From positions 1-46,660 of the forward strand of contig JBDRPD010000035.1 in assembly GCA_043827405.1 (NCBI GenBank): DNA of 46,660 nt. Direction: 5' to 3'. Within the stretch, counting starts at the first letter, position 1. The number at the start of each line of letters is the position of its first letter. The position numbers and the translations under genes are program-made. Below, in pieces: positions 19,621 to 28,316 of the stretch. Source of the DNA: Elusimicrobiota bacterium. Its GTDB lineage: Bacteria; Elusimicrobiota; Elusimicrobia; UBA1565. A model generated the notes under the pieces. It did no database searches. It saw only the letters and a program-made list of their open reading frames with translations, and was not told the DNA's origin.

Positions 19621-20688
19621 CTAGTTGGCGCCGTCGGCGAGTTGGAAGGTGTAGGTCGGCGCGGTGGAATCGATATCGTCCTCGCCGTAGCGGCGAACGC
19701 TGAGCGCCTCGCCCGAATAGCTGGAGACCCAAGGGGTGACGAGGGTGCCGCTCTTGTCGGTGCGGTGGATCTTGGCGCCGACCTTCTGAAGCCGCGTCAA
19801 GGTCTCGCTGGTGGGCACGCCGTAGCCGTTATTGCCGACCGAGATCACGGCGATATGCGGCGTCACCGCATTGAGGAAGGACTCAATGGTGGACTCCGAG
19901 CTGCCGTGATGGCCGACCTTGAGAATGTTTGAAGTCAATTTATCGCCGTAGCGCTCGATCATCTGCCGCTCGACTTTGGACTGGGCGTCGCCGGTGAACA
20001 GCACCGAACGGCCATCGTACTCCAGCTTGATCACGATCGAGCAGTTGTTGATCTCCCGTCCACCGTCGGCCCCGCCGATGCTGGAACCCTTATCAGCGCA
20101 GGAGTTCAGGACTTTGGCGTAGACCCCGTCGCCCCAGGGGAGCCGCTGACCGATCCCGGGATAGCTGGTGGAACACCCCGGCTCATTGGCGGCCTTCTCC
20201 CGCACCACGTCGTCGCCTTTGGCGCCGGAGTTGTCCATCCTCGTGTCGTAGAAATTATTAACCTGCAGCTCGTCGAACACATAGTTGAGGCCCTTGTAGT
20301 GATCGGCGTGGGGGTGGGTTAAAACGACATGATCGATCTTGTCGACGCCGTGCTGCTTGAGAAAAGCCGAAATCTTCTTGTTGCTCGGCCCGCCGTCGAT
20401 AAGGGCGTTCTGGCCGTTGGGAAGCTCGATGTACTGCGCATCGCCCTGGCCGACATCGATGAAGTAGACCTTCATGTCCCGCTTGACGCCCGCGGGCTTG
20501 ACCGCGGCGCCCGCCGGCAGGGGCGCGATCTGCGGCAGATCGCCGAAGGATACCGAGAGAGCACTGCGCCCCTTGAGATCCTCGATGGTATCGGCGGAGA
20601 CAGGAAGAGCGGTCCACGGGGAAACGAGGAGGCCCAGCAATAGCGCCAGGCCGGGAAGCATCCGCTTTAGGGCGACCGCGATCTGCAT
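19621..20688 (-). CDS. Exported metallo-beta-lactamase-fold hydrolase (ComEC/Rec2 C-terminal-like)
   Basis: FIDVGQGDA, LIDGG, THPHADH, NNCSIV, FTGDA, KVGHHGS; signal peptide; no ComEC membrane domain. Confidence 0.9.
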   Translation of the reverse strand: MQIAVALKRMLPGLALLLGLLVSPWTALPVSADTIEDLKGRSALSVSFGDLPQIAPLPAGAAVKPAGVKRDMKVYFIDVGQGDAQYIELPNGQNALIDGGPSNKKISAFLKQHGVDKIDHVVLTHPHADHYKGLNYVFDELQVNNFYDTRMDNSGAKGDDVVREKAANEPGCSTSYPGIGQRLPWGDGVYAKVLNSCADKGSSIGGADGGREINNCSIVIKLEYDGRSVLFTGDAQSKVERQMIERYGDKLTSNILKVGHHGSSESTIESFLNAVTPHIAVISVGNNGYGVPTSETLTRLQKVGAKIHRTDKSGTLVTPWVSSYSGEALSVRRYGEDDIDSTAPTYTFQLADGAN

Positions 20689-20809
20689 TACTCTAAGGTT
20701 AAAGGAATTAGGCCTTCCAGGTAGAGCAATAGGACCTAAATGATTTTAGGCCCTAAGACCTATACGGCTCATTGAAAGAATTATGCATAAATTTCCTATA
20801 CTTACTCCT

Positions 20810-21880
20810 ATGAACTCAGAGCTAACCGACCTCCTCGCGACCAATTATCTGGGCAATACGGTCCAAGCCTATGCCGCCACGGCGATTTTCTTCGCCGCGG
20901 TACTCGTCGGCGCCCTCATCCTGCATCACCAACTGCTGTCGCGCCTCAAGATTTTATGCGGAAAAACAAAGACGGATTTTGACGATTTTATGATCGAGCT
21001 CCTCGCCAGAATTTCTCCCGCGGAGTTGGCCTTTCTATCCTTCTACGTAGCCGCACGCTCGCTGACCCTGAGCGGCGGCGTGGCCAAAGCGCTGCAGATC
21101 GGCCTGGTGGTGGTGCTGACCCTGCGCGCCGTATACCTGGCGCAGGCCATTATCGGCTACTCCATTAAGAGGACCTTGGGCCATATGGGGGTGGAGGACG
21201 CCCACGCCTCCTCGGCCATGAAGAATCTGCAGTTCTTTCTCAACGCCGCCCTCTGGGTCGGCGCGCTCATCTTCATCCTCGACAACCTCGGGGTCAACGT
21301 CACCGCGGCCGTGGCGGGCCTGGGCATCGGCGGCCTGGCGGTGGCCATGGCGGCGCAGTCCATCTTCAAGGACCTGTTCAGCTCCTTCGTCATCTTCATG
21401 GACAAGCCGTTCAAAGTCGGAGACTTCATCATCGTCGGCGACATGATGGGATCCGTCGACCATATCGGCATCAAGACCACCCGCATCCGCAGCCTGACCG
21501 GAGAGATGCTGGTGCTTTCGAACTCGGATCTTACCAGCTCGCGCATCCGCAACTTCAAACTCATGGAGAAGCGCCGGATATCCTTCAGCTTCGGCGTCAC
21601 CTACGAGACCCCATACACCAAGGTCAAGGCGATTCCGGACATGGTGCGCGAGATCTTCTCAGCCGACGAGGTAATCCAGCTCGACCGCGTGCACTTCAAG
21701 GCCTTCGGCGACTCGGCCCTGCAGTTCGACATCGTCTACTACGTACTGACCGGCGACTACGCCGTCTACATGGACTCCCAGCAGCGCTTCAACCTGGCGC
21801 TCATGAAGCGCTTCGCCGACGAGGGCATCGAGTTCGCCTATCCGACCCAGACGGTCCATCTGCGGCCGGCGAAAAACTGA
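20810..21880 (+). CDS. mscS: Small-conductance mechanosensitive channel (MscS family)
   Basis: GLGIGGLAVAMAAQ, DKPFKVGDFI, GSVDHIGIKTTRIR, GIEFAYP. Start chosen 7 nt after TATACT; alternative is 20783. Confidence 0.92.
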   Translation: MNSELTDLLATNYLGNTVQAYAATAIFFAAVLVGALILHHQLLSRLKILCGKTKTDFDDFMIELLARISPAELAFLSFYVAARSLTLSGGVAKALQIGLVVVLTLRAVYLAQAIIGYSIKRTLGHMGVEDAHASSAMKNLQFFLNAALWVGALIFILDNLGVNVTAAVAGLGIGGLAVAMAAQSIFKDLFSSFVIFMDKPFKVGDFIIVGDMMGSVDHIGIKTTRIRSLTGEMLVLSNSDLTSSRIRNFKLMEKRRISFSFGVTYETPYTKVKAIPDMVREIFSADEVIQLDRVHFKAFGDSALQFDIVYYVLTGDYAVYMDSQQRFNLALMKRFADEGIEFAYPTQTVHLRPAKN

Positions 21881-21884
21881 GCAT

Positions 21885-22628
21885 ATGGAGCCGCTGGGCT
21901 GCGCGCTGCTGACCGCTGTCGGCGTGCTGGCGGGCTTCACCAATGTCATGGCCGGCGGCGGATCGCTCTTGACCCTGCCGGTCATGGTATTTCTCGGCCT
22001 GAGCGGGCCGGTAGCCAACGGAACCAACCGCATCGCCATCCTGCTGCAAAACGCCAGCGCGATAACGAGCTTCCGGCGGCAGGGCCTGCACGACTTCAGG
22101 CTGAGCCTCTCTTTGGCGCTATGCGCCCTGCCCGGCGCCGCGGCGGGAGCATATTTAGGGACCAAGCTCGAGGGCGTCTGGTTTAACCGTATGCTGGCGG
22201 CGATCATGGTCGCGGTCCTGCTCCTGATACTCAACAAAAAGAAGACCGCGGCGAACACCGCCGGAGCGCGGCCTCAAAGAATCATCCTCGGTCATTTCCT
22301 GATGATCGGCGCCGGCCTCTACGGCGGTTTCATCCAGGCGGGAGTCGGCTTCATCCTCATGGCGGTTCTGCACCGGATCATGGGCTTGGACCTGGTGCGG
22401 GTGAACATGCATAAAGTCTTTATCGTCGGGATTTATACCATCGCGGCGCTGGCGGTCTTCGCCTGGCGCGGACAGGTATGGCTGCTGCCCGGCCTAGCGC
22501 TGGCGGCCGGCAACGCCGCCGGCGGCTGGCTGGGGGCTCAGGTCTCGGTCAAAAAGGGGGACCGGGCTATCCTGGCCGTATTCAGCGCCGCAATCGTGCT
22601 CTTGGCGCTGAAGCTCCTCCTTACTTAG
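21885..22628 (+). CDS. TauE/SafE family sulfite exporter-like membrane protein
   Basis: AGGGSLLTLP, ANGTN, GLYGGFIQAGVG; multi-TM. Confidence 0.9.
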   Translation: MEPLGCALLTAVGVLAGFTNVMAGGGSLLTLPVMVFLGLSGPVANGTNRIAILLQNASAITSFRRQGLHDFRLSLSLALCALPGAAAGAYLGTKLEGVWFNRMLAAIMVAVLLLILNKKKTAANTAGARPQRIILGHFLMIGAGLYGGFIQAGVGFILMAVLHRIMGLDLVRVNMHKVFIVGIYTIAALAVFAWRGQVWLLPGLALAAGNAAGGWLGAQVSVKKGDRAILAVFSAAIVLLALKLLLT

Positions 22629-23169
22629 GACGCAGGCAGAAGCCCTGAGCCGGCACGTCGAGCGCGGCGTTGAACTTGCTGGAGAGGTTCTGGAAGGCGA
22701 TCCAGCCGGTCAGCTCGACGATCTCTTCCTCGCTGAAATGCCGCTTCAGCTCCGTAAAGACCCGCTCTTCGACCGCGCTCCCGGTCTTGGTGACGTCCTC
22801 GGCATAAGCGAGCGCCGCTTTTTCCCGCCCGCCGTAGTCTTCACTGGTCCGAAAGTCCGCGAGCGCCGCCAGCTTGGCGTCCGGGATTCCCAGCTTGGCG
22901 ATGAAGGACGAACTCAGATCGAAGCAGAAGGCGCAATGGTTCAGTTGGGAGATGCGCAAAGACACCAGCGCGCGCAGGCTCTTGTCCAGCAGCGAGGATT
23001 TGCGGTCGAGGAAGCGGTAATAGATCTGCAGCCCCAGCATCAGCGCCGGCACCCGGCCCCAAAGATAGGCGGGTCCGAGGACCTTGCCGTACTTGCGCTC
23101 CTGCCCCCAGAAGATCAGCCGGATATACCAAGGGTACGCCGCACGGTCCAAGGTTTTGATGCGTGTCAT
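22621..23169 (-). CDS. AhpD/carboxymuconolactone decarboxylase family protein
   Basis: SQLNHCAFC (CxxC), EKAALAYAE, F.E.EIVEL...IAFQN.SSKFN. Start ATG 23169 lies 8 nt after TATGCT. Confidence 0.9.
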   Translation of the reverse strand: MTRIKTLDRAAYPWYIRLIFWGQERKYGKVLGPAYLWGRVPALMLGLQIYYRFLDRKSSLLDKSLRALVSLRISQLNHCAFCFDLSSSFIAKLGIPDAKLAALADFRTSEDYGGREKAALAYAEDVTKTGSAVEERVFTELKRHFSEEEIVELTGWIAFQNLSSKFNAALDVPAQGFCLRPK

Positions 23170-23207
23170 CGCGCTACAGCATAACATAACACGCCGCCGC
23201 CCCCAGT

Positions 23208-23334
23208 TCCAATAAGTTTAGGTACCGGCCTTCAACTTATTGGAGTTTTACACTTATTCTGAAAGCCAACAGAATAATTCCAATAAGTTGAAGGCCGGTA
23301 CCAATACTTATTTGGATAACATGCCTGGCACCTT
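23208..23334. repeat. Nested inverted-repeat (REP doublet/REPIN-like) element
   Basis: Perfect 24-bp inverted repeat 23221-23244/23279-23302. Each unit is itself palindromic (TCCAATAAGTT...AACTTATTGGA). Inner hairpin TTATTCTG/CAGAATAA. Confidence 0.8.
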
Positions 23335-23380
23335 TACTGGGGGGTTGCCGGGCGTCCTCGCGTATCGCTAAACTTCCTGC

Positions 23381-23872
23381 ATGAGCTTCCCCGCGCTTAG
23401 TCTAGCCGCCGGCGTCCTCCTGCTTTCCGGCTGCGCCGGCACGGTCGAGCGCCGAACCGTCGAAGCTCCGTGCGCGCCGGCGCCGGCGATAGACGAGGAA
23501 GCTCCACCCGGCGAGTACTACCTGCGCCTCGAGGAAGCCTGCCGCAAAATGCCGAACAAAAACTGGGCCCGCACCTGCTGCGAGAAATCCGTCCAGCGCA
23601 TGCGGCAGGATGGATACCGTTCGCTGCAGGCGCGCTCATGCCCCGAGGGCTACGGCAAGAGCCGCCTGTACTGCCAAGGCAGCCATACCTGGTGCGAGTC
23701 TCTGGACCGGGCGCGCGAGAAACCGCGCCACCATTACCCCTGCGGCACGGACGCCGCCTGCGCGCCTTGCGGCGAGGGCTGCCTGCCGGCGAGCGTCGCC
23801 CCTTACGCCGACTGCCTCGAGCCGACGCATAACGATTGCCGCTGCGTCGCGGGGCTCTGCCGGAGAAATTGA
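23381..23872 (+). CDS. Cysteine-rich lipoprotein
   Basis: Lipobox LSGC; many Cys including CGTDAAC and CRCVAGLC; first gene of the Rieske/cytb operon. Confidence 0.75.
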   Translation: MSFPALSLAAGVLLLSGCAGTVERRTVEAPCAPAPAIDEEAPPGEYYLRLEEACRKMPNKNWARTCCEKSVQRMRQDGYRSLQARSCPEGYGKSRLYCQGSHTWCESLDRAREKPRHHYPCGTDAACAPCGEGCLPASVAPYADCLEPTHNDCRCVAGLCRRN

Positions 23873-23873
23873 C

Positions 23874-24323
23874 ATGAAAGAGGAGCTCAGCCGCCGCCTT
23901 TTTCTTAAGAAGCTTTGGGCCATCCTCTGCGGGCTCGCCGGCCTCACCGCCGCCTATACCGCCCGCACCCTGCTGCCCGTCAAGAAAACCAAGCTCTGGC
24001 GGCTGGCGGCCGTTCCTGATCCTCATTCCATCGCGGTCGGCGAATCCCGCTGGCTCGAAGCGGCCAATGCCTATATCCTGCGGGATGCGGAGGGCCTCTA
24101 CGCCGTATCCGCACGCTGCACCCATCTCGGCTGCACGGTAGCGAAGGAAGGCGAGCGCTTCGTCTGCCGCTGCCACGGCGCCCTTTACGACGCCGACGGC
24201 GGAAAAGTCAGCGGACCGCAGCCGCGGGCATTGCCCTGGCTGGCGATCGAGCGGCGCGGCGACGGCCGCTACGTCGTCAACCTGGACAAGGAAATCCGGC
24301 GCGGAGAAAAGCTCCGGATATGA
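23874..24323 (+). CDS. Rieske [2Fe-2S] subunit of a cytochrome bc complex (QcrA/PetC-like)
   Basis: Tat motif SRRLFLK; CTHLGC and CRCHGALY boxes. True start is ATG 23874, not 23610. Confidence 0.93.
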   Translation: MKEELSRRLFLKKLWAILCGLAGLTAAYTARTLLPVKKTKLWRLAAVPDPHSIAVGESRWLEAANAYILRDAEGLYAVSARCTHLGCTVAKEGERFVCRCHGALYDADGGKVSGPQPRALPWLAIERRGDGRYVVNLDKEIRRGEKLRI

Positions 24324-26101
24324 CCCCGCCCTTCCTCCTGCACTTTCTTCCCGCGAGCATCAAGGCCGATTCGCTGTCTTTCGCCAAAACGCAGTGGGCG
24401 GGAATCACGGCGCTGGTAAGCTTCCTTATCCTCGGTTTCACCGGCGTCCTGCTGATGTTCTTCTACGTCCCCTCGGCGGAGGGGGCCTACGACTCCATCC
24501 TGCTGATCGATTCGGTCATGCCGCTGGGCGCCTTCACCCGGTCGCTGCATCGCGGCGCGTCGCACCTGTTCATGCTCGCCCTGCTCGCTCATATGCTCAA
24601 GGCTTTCTTCGGCTCAGCCTTCCTCTACGCGCGACAGAACTGGTATATCGGCCTCGGCTTGTTCGCGCTCGCCCTGCTGCTGGCTTATACGGGCTATCTC
24701 CTGCCCTACGATCAGACGGCATACTGGGCGGTGACGGTCGGACTCGAACTGGCGCGCGCCGTGCCGCTCATCGGCCCGCTTCTCGCGGGGCTGGTCTTCG
24801 GCGCGGCGGGCATCGACGATGCGGCGCTCACGCGCTGCTACGGCTGGCATGCCGCGCTCGGCCCGCTGCTGATCGCCGCGCTGCTGGTCTTTCACTTTTG
24901 GCAGATTCGCAGCCAGGGGCTCTACTCCTCAAGCCGCGGCCGCAAGCACCTGACGCAGGACGCCTATCTTCCCGCTGTCGGCATCCTGGCGGGAGCGGTG
25001 GTTCTCGTCTGCGCGCTATGGGCCCTGCTTTCGCCGCCGGATATCGGACCCCGTCCCTGGCTCGCCGAGCCGCCCAACCCGGTCAAGGCTCCCTGGTATT
25101 TTCTCGGCCTGCAGGAACTGGCGTCTCATGCGACGGCGCTTATCGCCGTTCCCGGCCTTATCGTTCTCAGTTTTCTCCTCGCGCCCTTCGCCGCGCGGGA
25201 GAAGCGCTGGAAGACGCCCTTTTTCGCCGCCACCGGCATCCTCCTCGCCATAGTCGTTGCCGCTACCTTTGTCGGCGCGCTGCGCGGAGAGAACTGGCAG
25301 CTCGGCGCCCCGAGAACCGGCCACGGAATTTCACCAAGCGCCAAATACGCGGGACGGAAACCCAACGGCATCATCGAGACCAAGGTTTTCGGCCGGCTGG
25401 AGCGCTGCCTGAGCTGTCATGCCGGCATGCGCCACAAGACCTCATGGATCGACGAGACGCATCCCGCCGGCGTCTACGGCTGCGCGTCCTGTCACGGAGG
25501 CACGGCGCTGTCGCTCGATGCGGGCCTGGCGCATAGCCGGGGCGCCGGCTGGGGCGCGGACCGGCTGCTGACCGGCGACCTCAGCTATGCCTCCTGCTTC
25601 CGATGCCATCTGCCGGGACGCCTCAAGGGAACCGGGAGCGGCGCCCGCGGCATCGCGCTGCTGACCGAGCTGGGCTGCCTTTCCTGCCACGAGATCGGAG
25701 CCGCCGGCAGCGGCAAGAACCTGCGCTCGACGCTTTACCGCGGCCTGGATGAGCTGCGGGAGCTTCTTATCGACCCGGCCCGCCGCCTTCCAGAGCGCAC
25801 CATGCCGCGCTATCAGATCTTCGAAGACGAGGCGCGCTTTCAGGAAGCCGCCGTCGCCCTGCTCGGAACATCGCTGCCGCGGCTGCGCAAGCCCGCCGTG
25901 GACTGGACCCGCAACTGCTCGCTATGCCATCCGCGCGGCGCCGGGAGCCGGCCGGAAAAGTTCCATGCCTGCCCCACCATCAAGGAGCGCGCGTCCACCC
26001 TTTCCTGCCTGCGCTGTCATGAGAAAAAGCTGAAGCCGGGAGGGGCGCCCTGCCCCTATGTCCAGGACCATGCCGGCTCCTGCCGGACCTGCCATGACTA
26101 A
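24320..26101 (+). CDS. Cytochrome b + subunit IV-like region fused to a seven-heme cytochrome c domain
   Basis: Four heme-b His (LHRGASHLF..AH; WH...FH), TGYLLPYDQTAYWA, KAPWYF (PEWY equivalent). CxxCH x7: CLSCH, CASCH, CFRCH, CLSCH, CSLCH, CLRCH, CRTCH. Confidence 0.9.
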   Translation: MTPPFLLHFLPASIKADSLSFAKTQWAGITALVSFLILGFTGVLLMFFYVPSAEGAYDSILLIDSVMPLGAFTRSLHRGASHLFMLALLAHMLKAFFGSAFLYARQNWYIGLGLFALALLLAYTGYLLPYDQTAYWAVTVGLELARAVPLIGPLLAGLVFGAAGIDDAALTRCYGWHAALGPLLIAALLVFHFWQIRSQGLYSSSRGRKHLTQDAYLPAVGILAGAVVLVCALWALLSPPDIGPRPWLAEPPNPVKAPWYFLGLQELASHATALIAVPGLIVLSFLLAPFAAREKRWKTPFFAATGILLAIVVAATFVGALRGENWQLGAPRTGHGISPSAKYAGRKPNGIIETKVFGRLERCLSCHAGMRHKTSWIDETHPAGVYGCASCHGGTALSLDAGLAHSRGAGWGADRLLTGDLSYASCFRCHLPGRLKGTGSGARGIALLTELGCLSCHEIGAAGSGKNLRSTLYRGLDELRELLIDPARRLPERTMPRYQIFEDEARFQEAAVALLGTSLPRLRKPAVDWTRNCSLCHPRGAGSRPEKFHACPTIKERASTLSCLRCHEKKLKPGGAPCPYVQDHAGSCRTCHD

Positions 26102-27765
26102 AGCCGTCCGGCTTTGAACGCGGCGGCGATCTTTTCGCTTACCCGCAGCGAGTTCGCCATGATGGTAAATGTCGACGGAACGCCGCCCGAGGTGGGCATG
26201 AAGGAGCCGTCAGCGACGTAGAGGTTCGCGATCTCATGCGCCCGGCAGTCCGGGTTGAGCACGGAGGAGGAAGGGTCGGTCCCGAAGCGGCAGGTTCCCT
26301 GCTGCAAAATGAAAGTCGTGCCCGCCTGCGGCTCAGCGTAGATGCTGGCGGGCCCGGTTTTCTGCAAAATACGACGGCCGCGCTCAACGATGAATTTCGC
26401 CATCGGCAGTTCGGCTGGATGACGCTTGACCGTCGCCCGCACCGCCGGAACGCCCCGCTGGTCCTTGTACTTTCGATCCACGTCGACGAAGGTCTTGGGA
26501 TTGGGCAGAAACTCAAGAAAGGTTTCCATTTTGACGTTCACATAGTCCCGCATCTCCTGCACAATCCGCTCCCGCAGTTCGCGTCCCCGCCGCGGTGCCG
26601 CGGCGCCGAGCCGTTCCAGGATTCGCTCCGCGCGCAGCACCGGCGCGCGCTGCGACATAACGAAGCTGCAGGTGCCGCCCTTCGGATAGAGCAGTCCGTG
26701 CGCCTTATGGTTCTTGACGATGTAGTAGTCCTGCAGCGAACGCTGCAGCAGCAAGGCATTCGATCCGAGATCCAGTTCGCCGCGCTTCCCCTTGCGATAG
26801 CGGGCGGTGATGTTGGAAGCGGTCGAAAAGCTGAGGTTCCGTCCCACCTGTCCGCTGCCGTTGGCCAAGCCGCGAGGGAACCGGCCCGACTTCGAATTGA
26901 GCAGCAGGCGCGCGGTCTGCACCGCGGCGCAGGCCGCCACGAAGCAGCGGGCGGTGACGGTTTGCGATTCACCCTTGGCGTCGAAATAGACGGCTTTCTG
27001 CACCGTTCCGTCGGCGCCGGTCTCCAGCTTATAGGTCATCGCTTCCGGTATCACGCGGCAGCGGCCGGTACGGATCGCCTCCGGCAGGACGCTGTAGAGC
27101 GTCCCCGACTTGGCCCCGATCGGACAGCCGTAGGTGCCGCAGTCGGCATGATAGATGCAGGCTGAGCGCCCGCGGTAAGGGAGCGACAGCGCCGCCCGCG
27201 GCGTCGGGAAGGGGTGCAGGCCCAGGCCCTTGGCCGCCTTATCGATCAGCGCGGCGGCCGGATGGACTTTGAGCGGCGGCAGGGGGAAGGGCTTGGAGCG
27301 GCGAGGCTCGAAGGGGTACTGCCCGGCGATCCCGGACAGCCCGATGAGGTATTCGATGCGCGTATAATACGGCTCGAGGTCGTCATAGGTGATAGGCCAA
27401 TCGGCGACGGAAGCGCCCGGCGGATTGCCGAAGAGCGAAGCCATCCGGAAGTCCTCGGGCCATAAGCGGTAGAAGCTGCCGCCCATATGCGTCGTGCCGC
27501 CCCCGACGCAGCAGGCGGTCCACAGCGACCGCGTTATCCGGAACCTCTGATCTCCATCTTGTTTGAGCAGCTGCGGATCGTCGGCGGCGTACGGCACGAA
27601 GAAATCGAAACGCTTATTGCGGATCTCGTCATGCAGGAGGTCCCGCGGCGTATAGAAGCGGCCGCGCTCCAGGACGATGACTTTCAGCCCGGCCTGGGCC
27701 AGAGACCAGGCGGCGATGCCGCCGCCGGCGCCGCTGCCGATGATGCAGACATCGCAGTCGGCCAT
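26098..27765 (-). CDS. GMC family flavoprotein oxidoreductase (gluconate 2-dehydrogenase flavoprotein-like)
   Basis: IIGSGAGG, VGGGT, C-x3-DC-x3-C cluster, GTCRFG.DP..SV, NLYVADGS, PTSGGVPSTFTIMAN. Confidence 0.92.
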   Translation of the reverse strand: MADCDVCIIGSGAGGGIAAWSLAQAGLKVIVLERGRFYTPRDLLHDEIRNKRFDFFVPYAADDPQLLKQDGDQRFRITRSLWTACCVGGGTTHMGGSFYRLWPEDFRMASLFGNPPGASVADWPITYDDLEPYYTRIEYLIGLSGIAGQYPFEPRRSKPFPLPPLKVHPAAALIDKAAKGLGLHPFPTPRAALSLPYRGRSACIYHADCGTYGCPIGAKSGTLYSVLPEAIRTGRCRVIPEAMTYKLETGADGTVQKAVYFDAKGESQTVTARCFVAACAAVQTARLLLNSKSGRFPRGLANGSGQVGRNLSFSTASNITARYRKGKRGELDLGSNALLLQRSLQDYYIVKNHKAHGLLYPKGGTCSFVMSQRAPVLRAERILERLGAAAPRRGRELRERIVQEMRDYVNVKMETFLEFLPNPKTFVDVDRKYKDQRGVPAVRATVKRHPAELPMAKFIVERGRRILQKTGPASIYAEPQAGTTFILQQGTCRFGTDPSSSVLNPDCRAHEIANLYVADGSFMPTSGGVPSTFTIMANSLRVSEKIAAAFKAGRL

Positions 27766-27766
27766 C

Positions 27767-28252
27767 TCAGTACTCGAGGTGCGCGAAGGGCAGCTGCGAG
27801 CCGGGATGATAGCCGATCAGCTGCCAGCTCCGCTTGCCGGGATTGACGCCGTTGGCCGGGTCGCCGAATACCGCCATCAGGTCGGCGCGCAGCAGGAGGT
27901 TGTAAAAAGACCGGCTGTTCTCGTACATCTCGTCGAGCAGCGCCGCCTTCTGCGCGTCGTCGAGCTCGGGGAAAGCCTCTTGGTGGCGCTCCCGGCAGAG
28001 GTTCATCAGCCGGCCCAGGTGCTCGTTGAAGTAGTCGAGCACCTTCTCGAAACCCGGAGTCTTGAGCCAGCGCTGCAAAAACGGATAGGCATGGTATTCG
28101 AGACAGCCCGGCCAGATCATATCAAGCAGGGCTTTGACCGTACGCTCTTCATCGCCGGCGAACAGACCGGGATCTTTCGTCGGAGCACCCAGGCCGAGAC
28201 GAGGCACGAGCAGGCTCGCGAGCATGAATTTCAGGAACTCTTTTCTGCGCAT
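27767..28252 (-). CDS. Gluconate 2-dehydrogenase subunit 3-like Tat hitch-hiker subunit
   Basis: MRRKEFLK Tat-like signal; F.ELD..QK..LL; FGDP..G.N....W.LIGY; directly upstream of the GMC gene. Confidence 0.85.
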   Translation of the reverse strand: MRRKEFLKFMLASLLVPRLGLGAPTKDPGLFAGDEERTVKALLDMIWPGCLEYHAYPFLQRWLKTPGFEKVLDYFNEHLGRLMNLCRERHQEAFPELDDAQKAALLDEMYENSRSFYNLLLRADLMAVFGDPANGVNPGKRSWQLIGYHPGSQLPFAHLEY

Positions 28253-28281
28253 GGGACGAAAAGCATCTTATGAAATTTGCC

Positions 28282-28310
28282 TTGCTTACATAGGAAACTT
28301 GCACTACACT
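28282..28310 (+). promoter_or_regulatory. sigma70 promoter, leaderless type
   Basis: TTGCTT, 17-bp spacer, TACACT; ATG 28317 lies 6 nt downstream; no SD. Confidence 0.65.
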
Positions 28311-28316
28311 GGGAAC

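Noticed and set aside
19621..20688. Calling this comEC or a beta-lactamase
   Set aside because: The Competence membrane domain is missing, and the MBL fold alone does not indicate antibiotic resistance.
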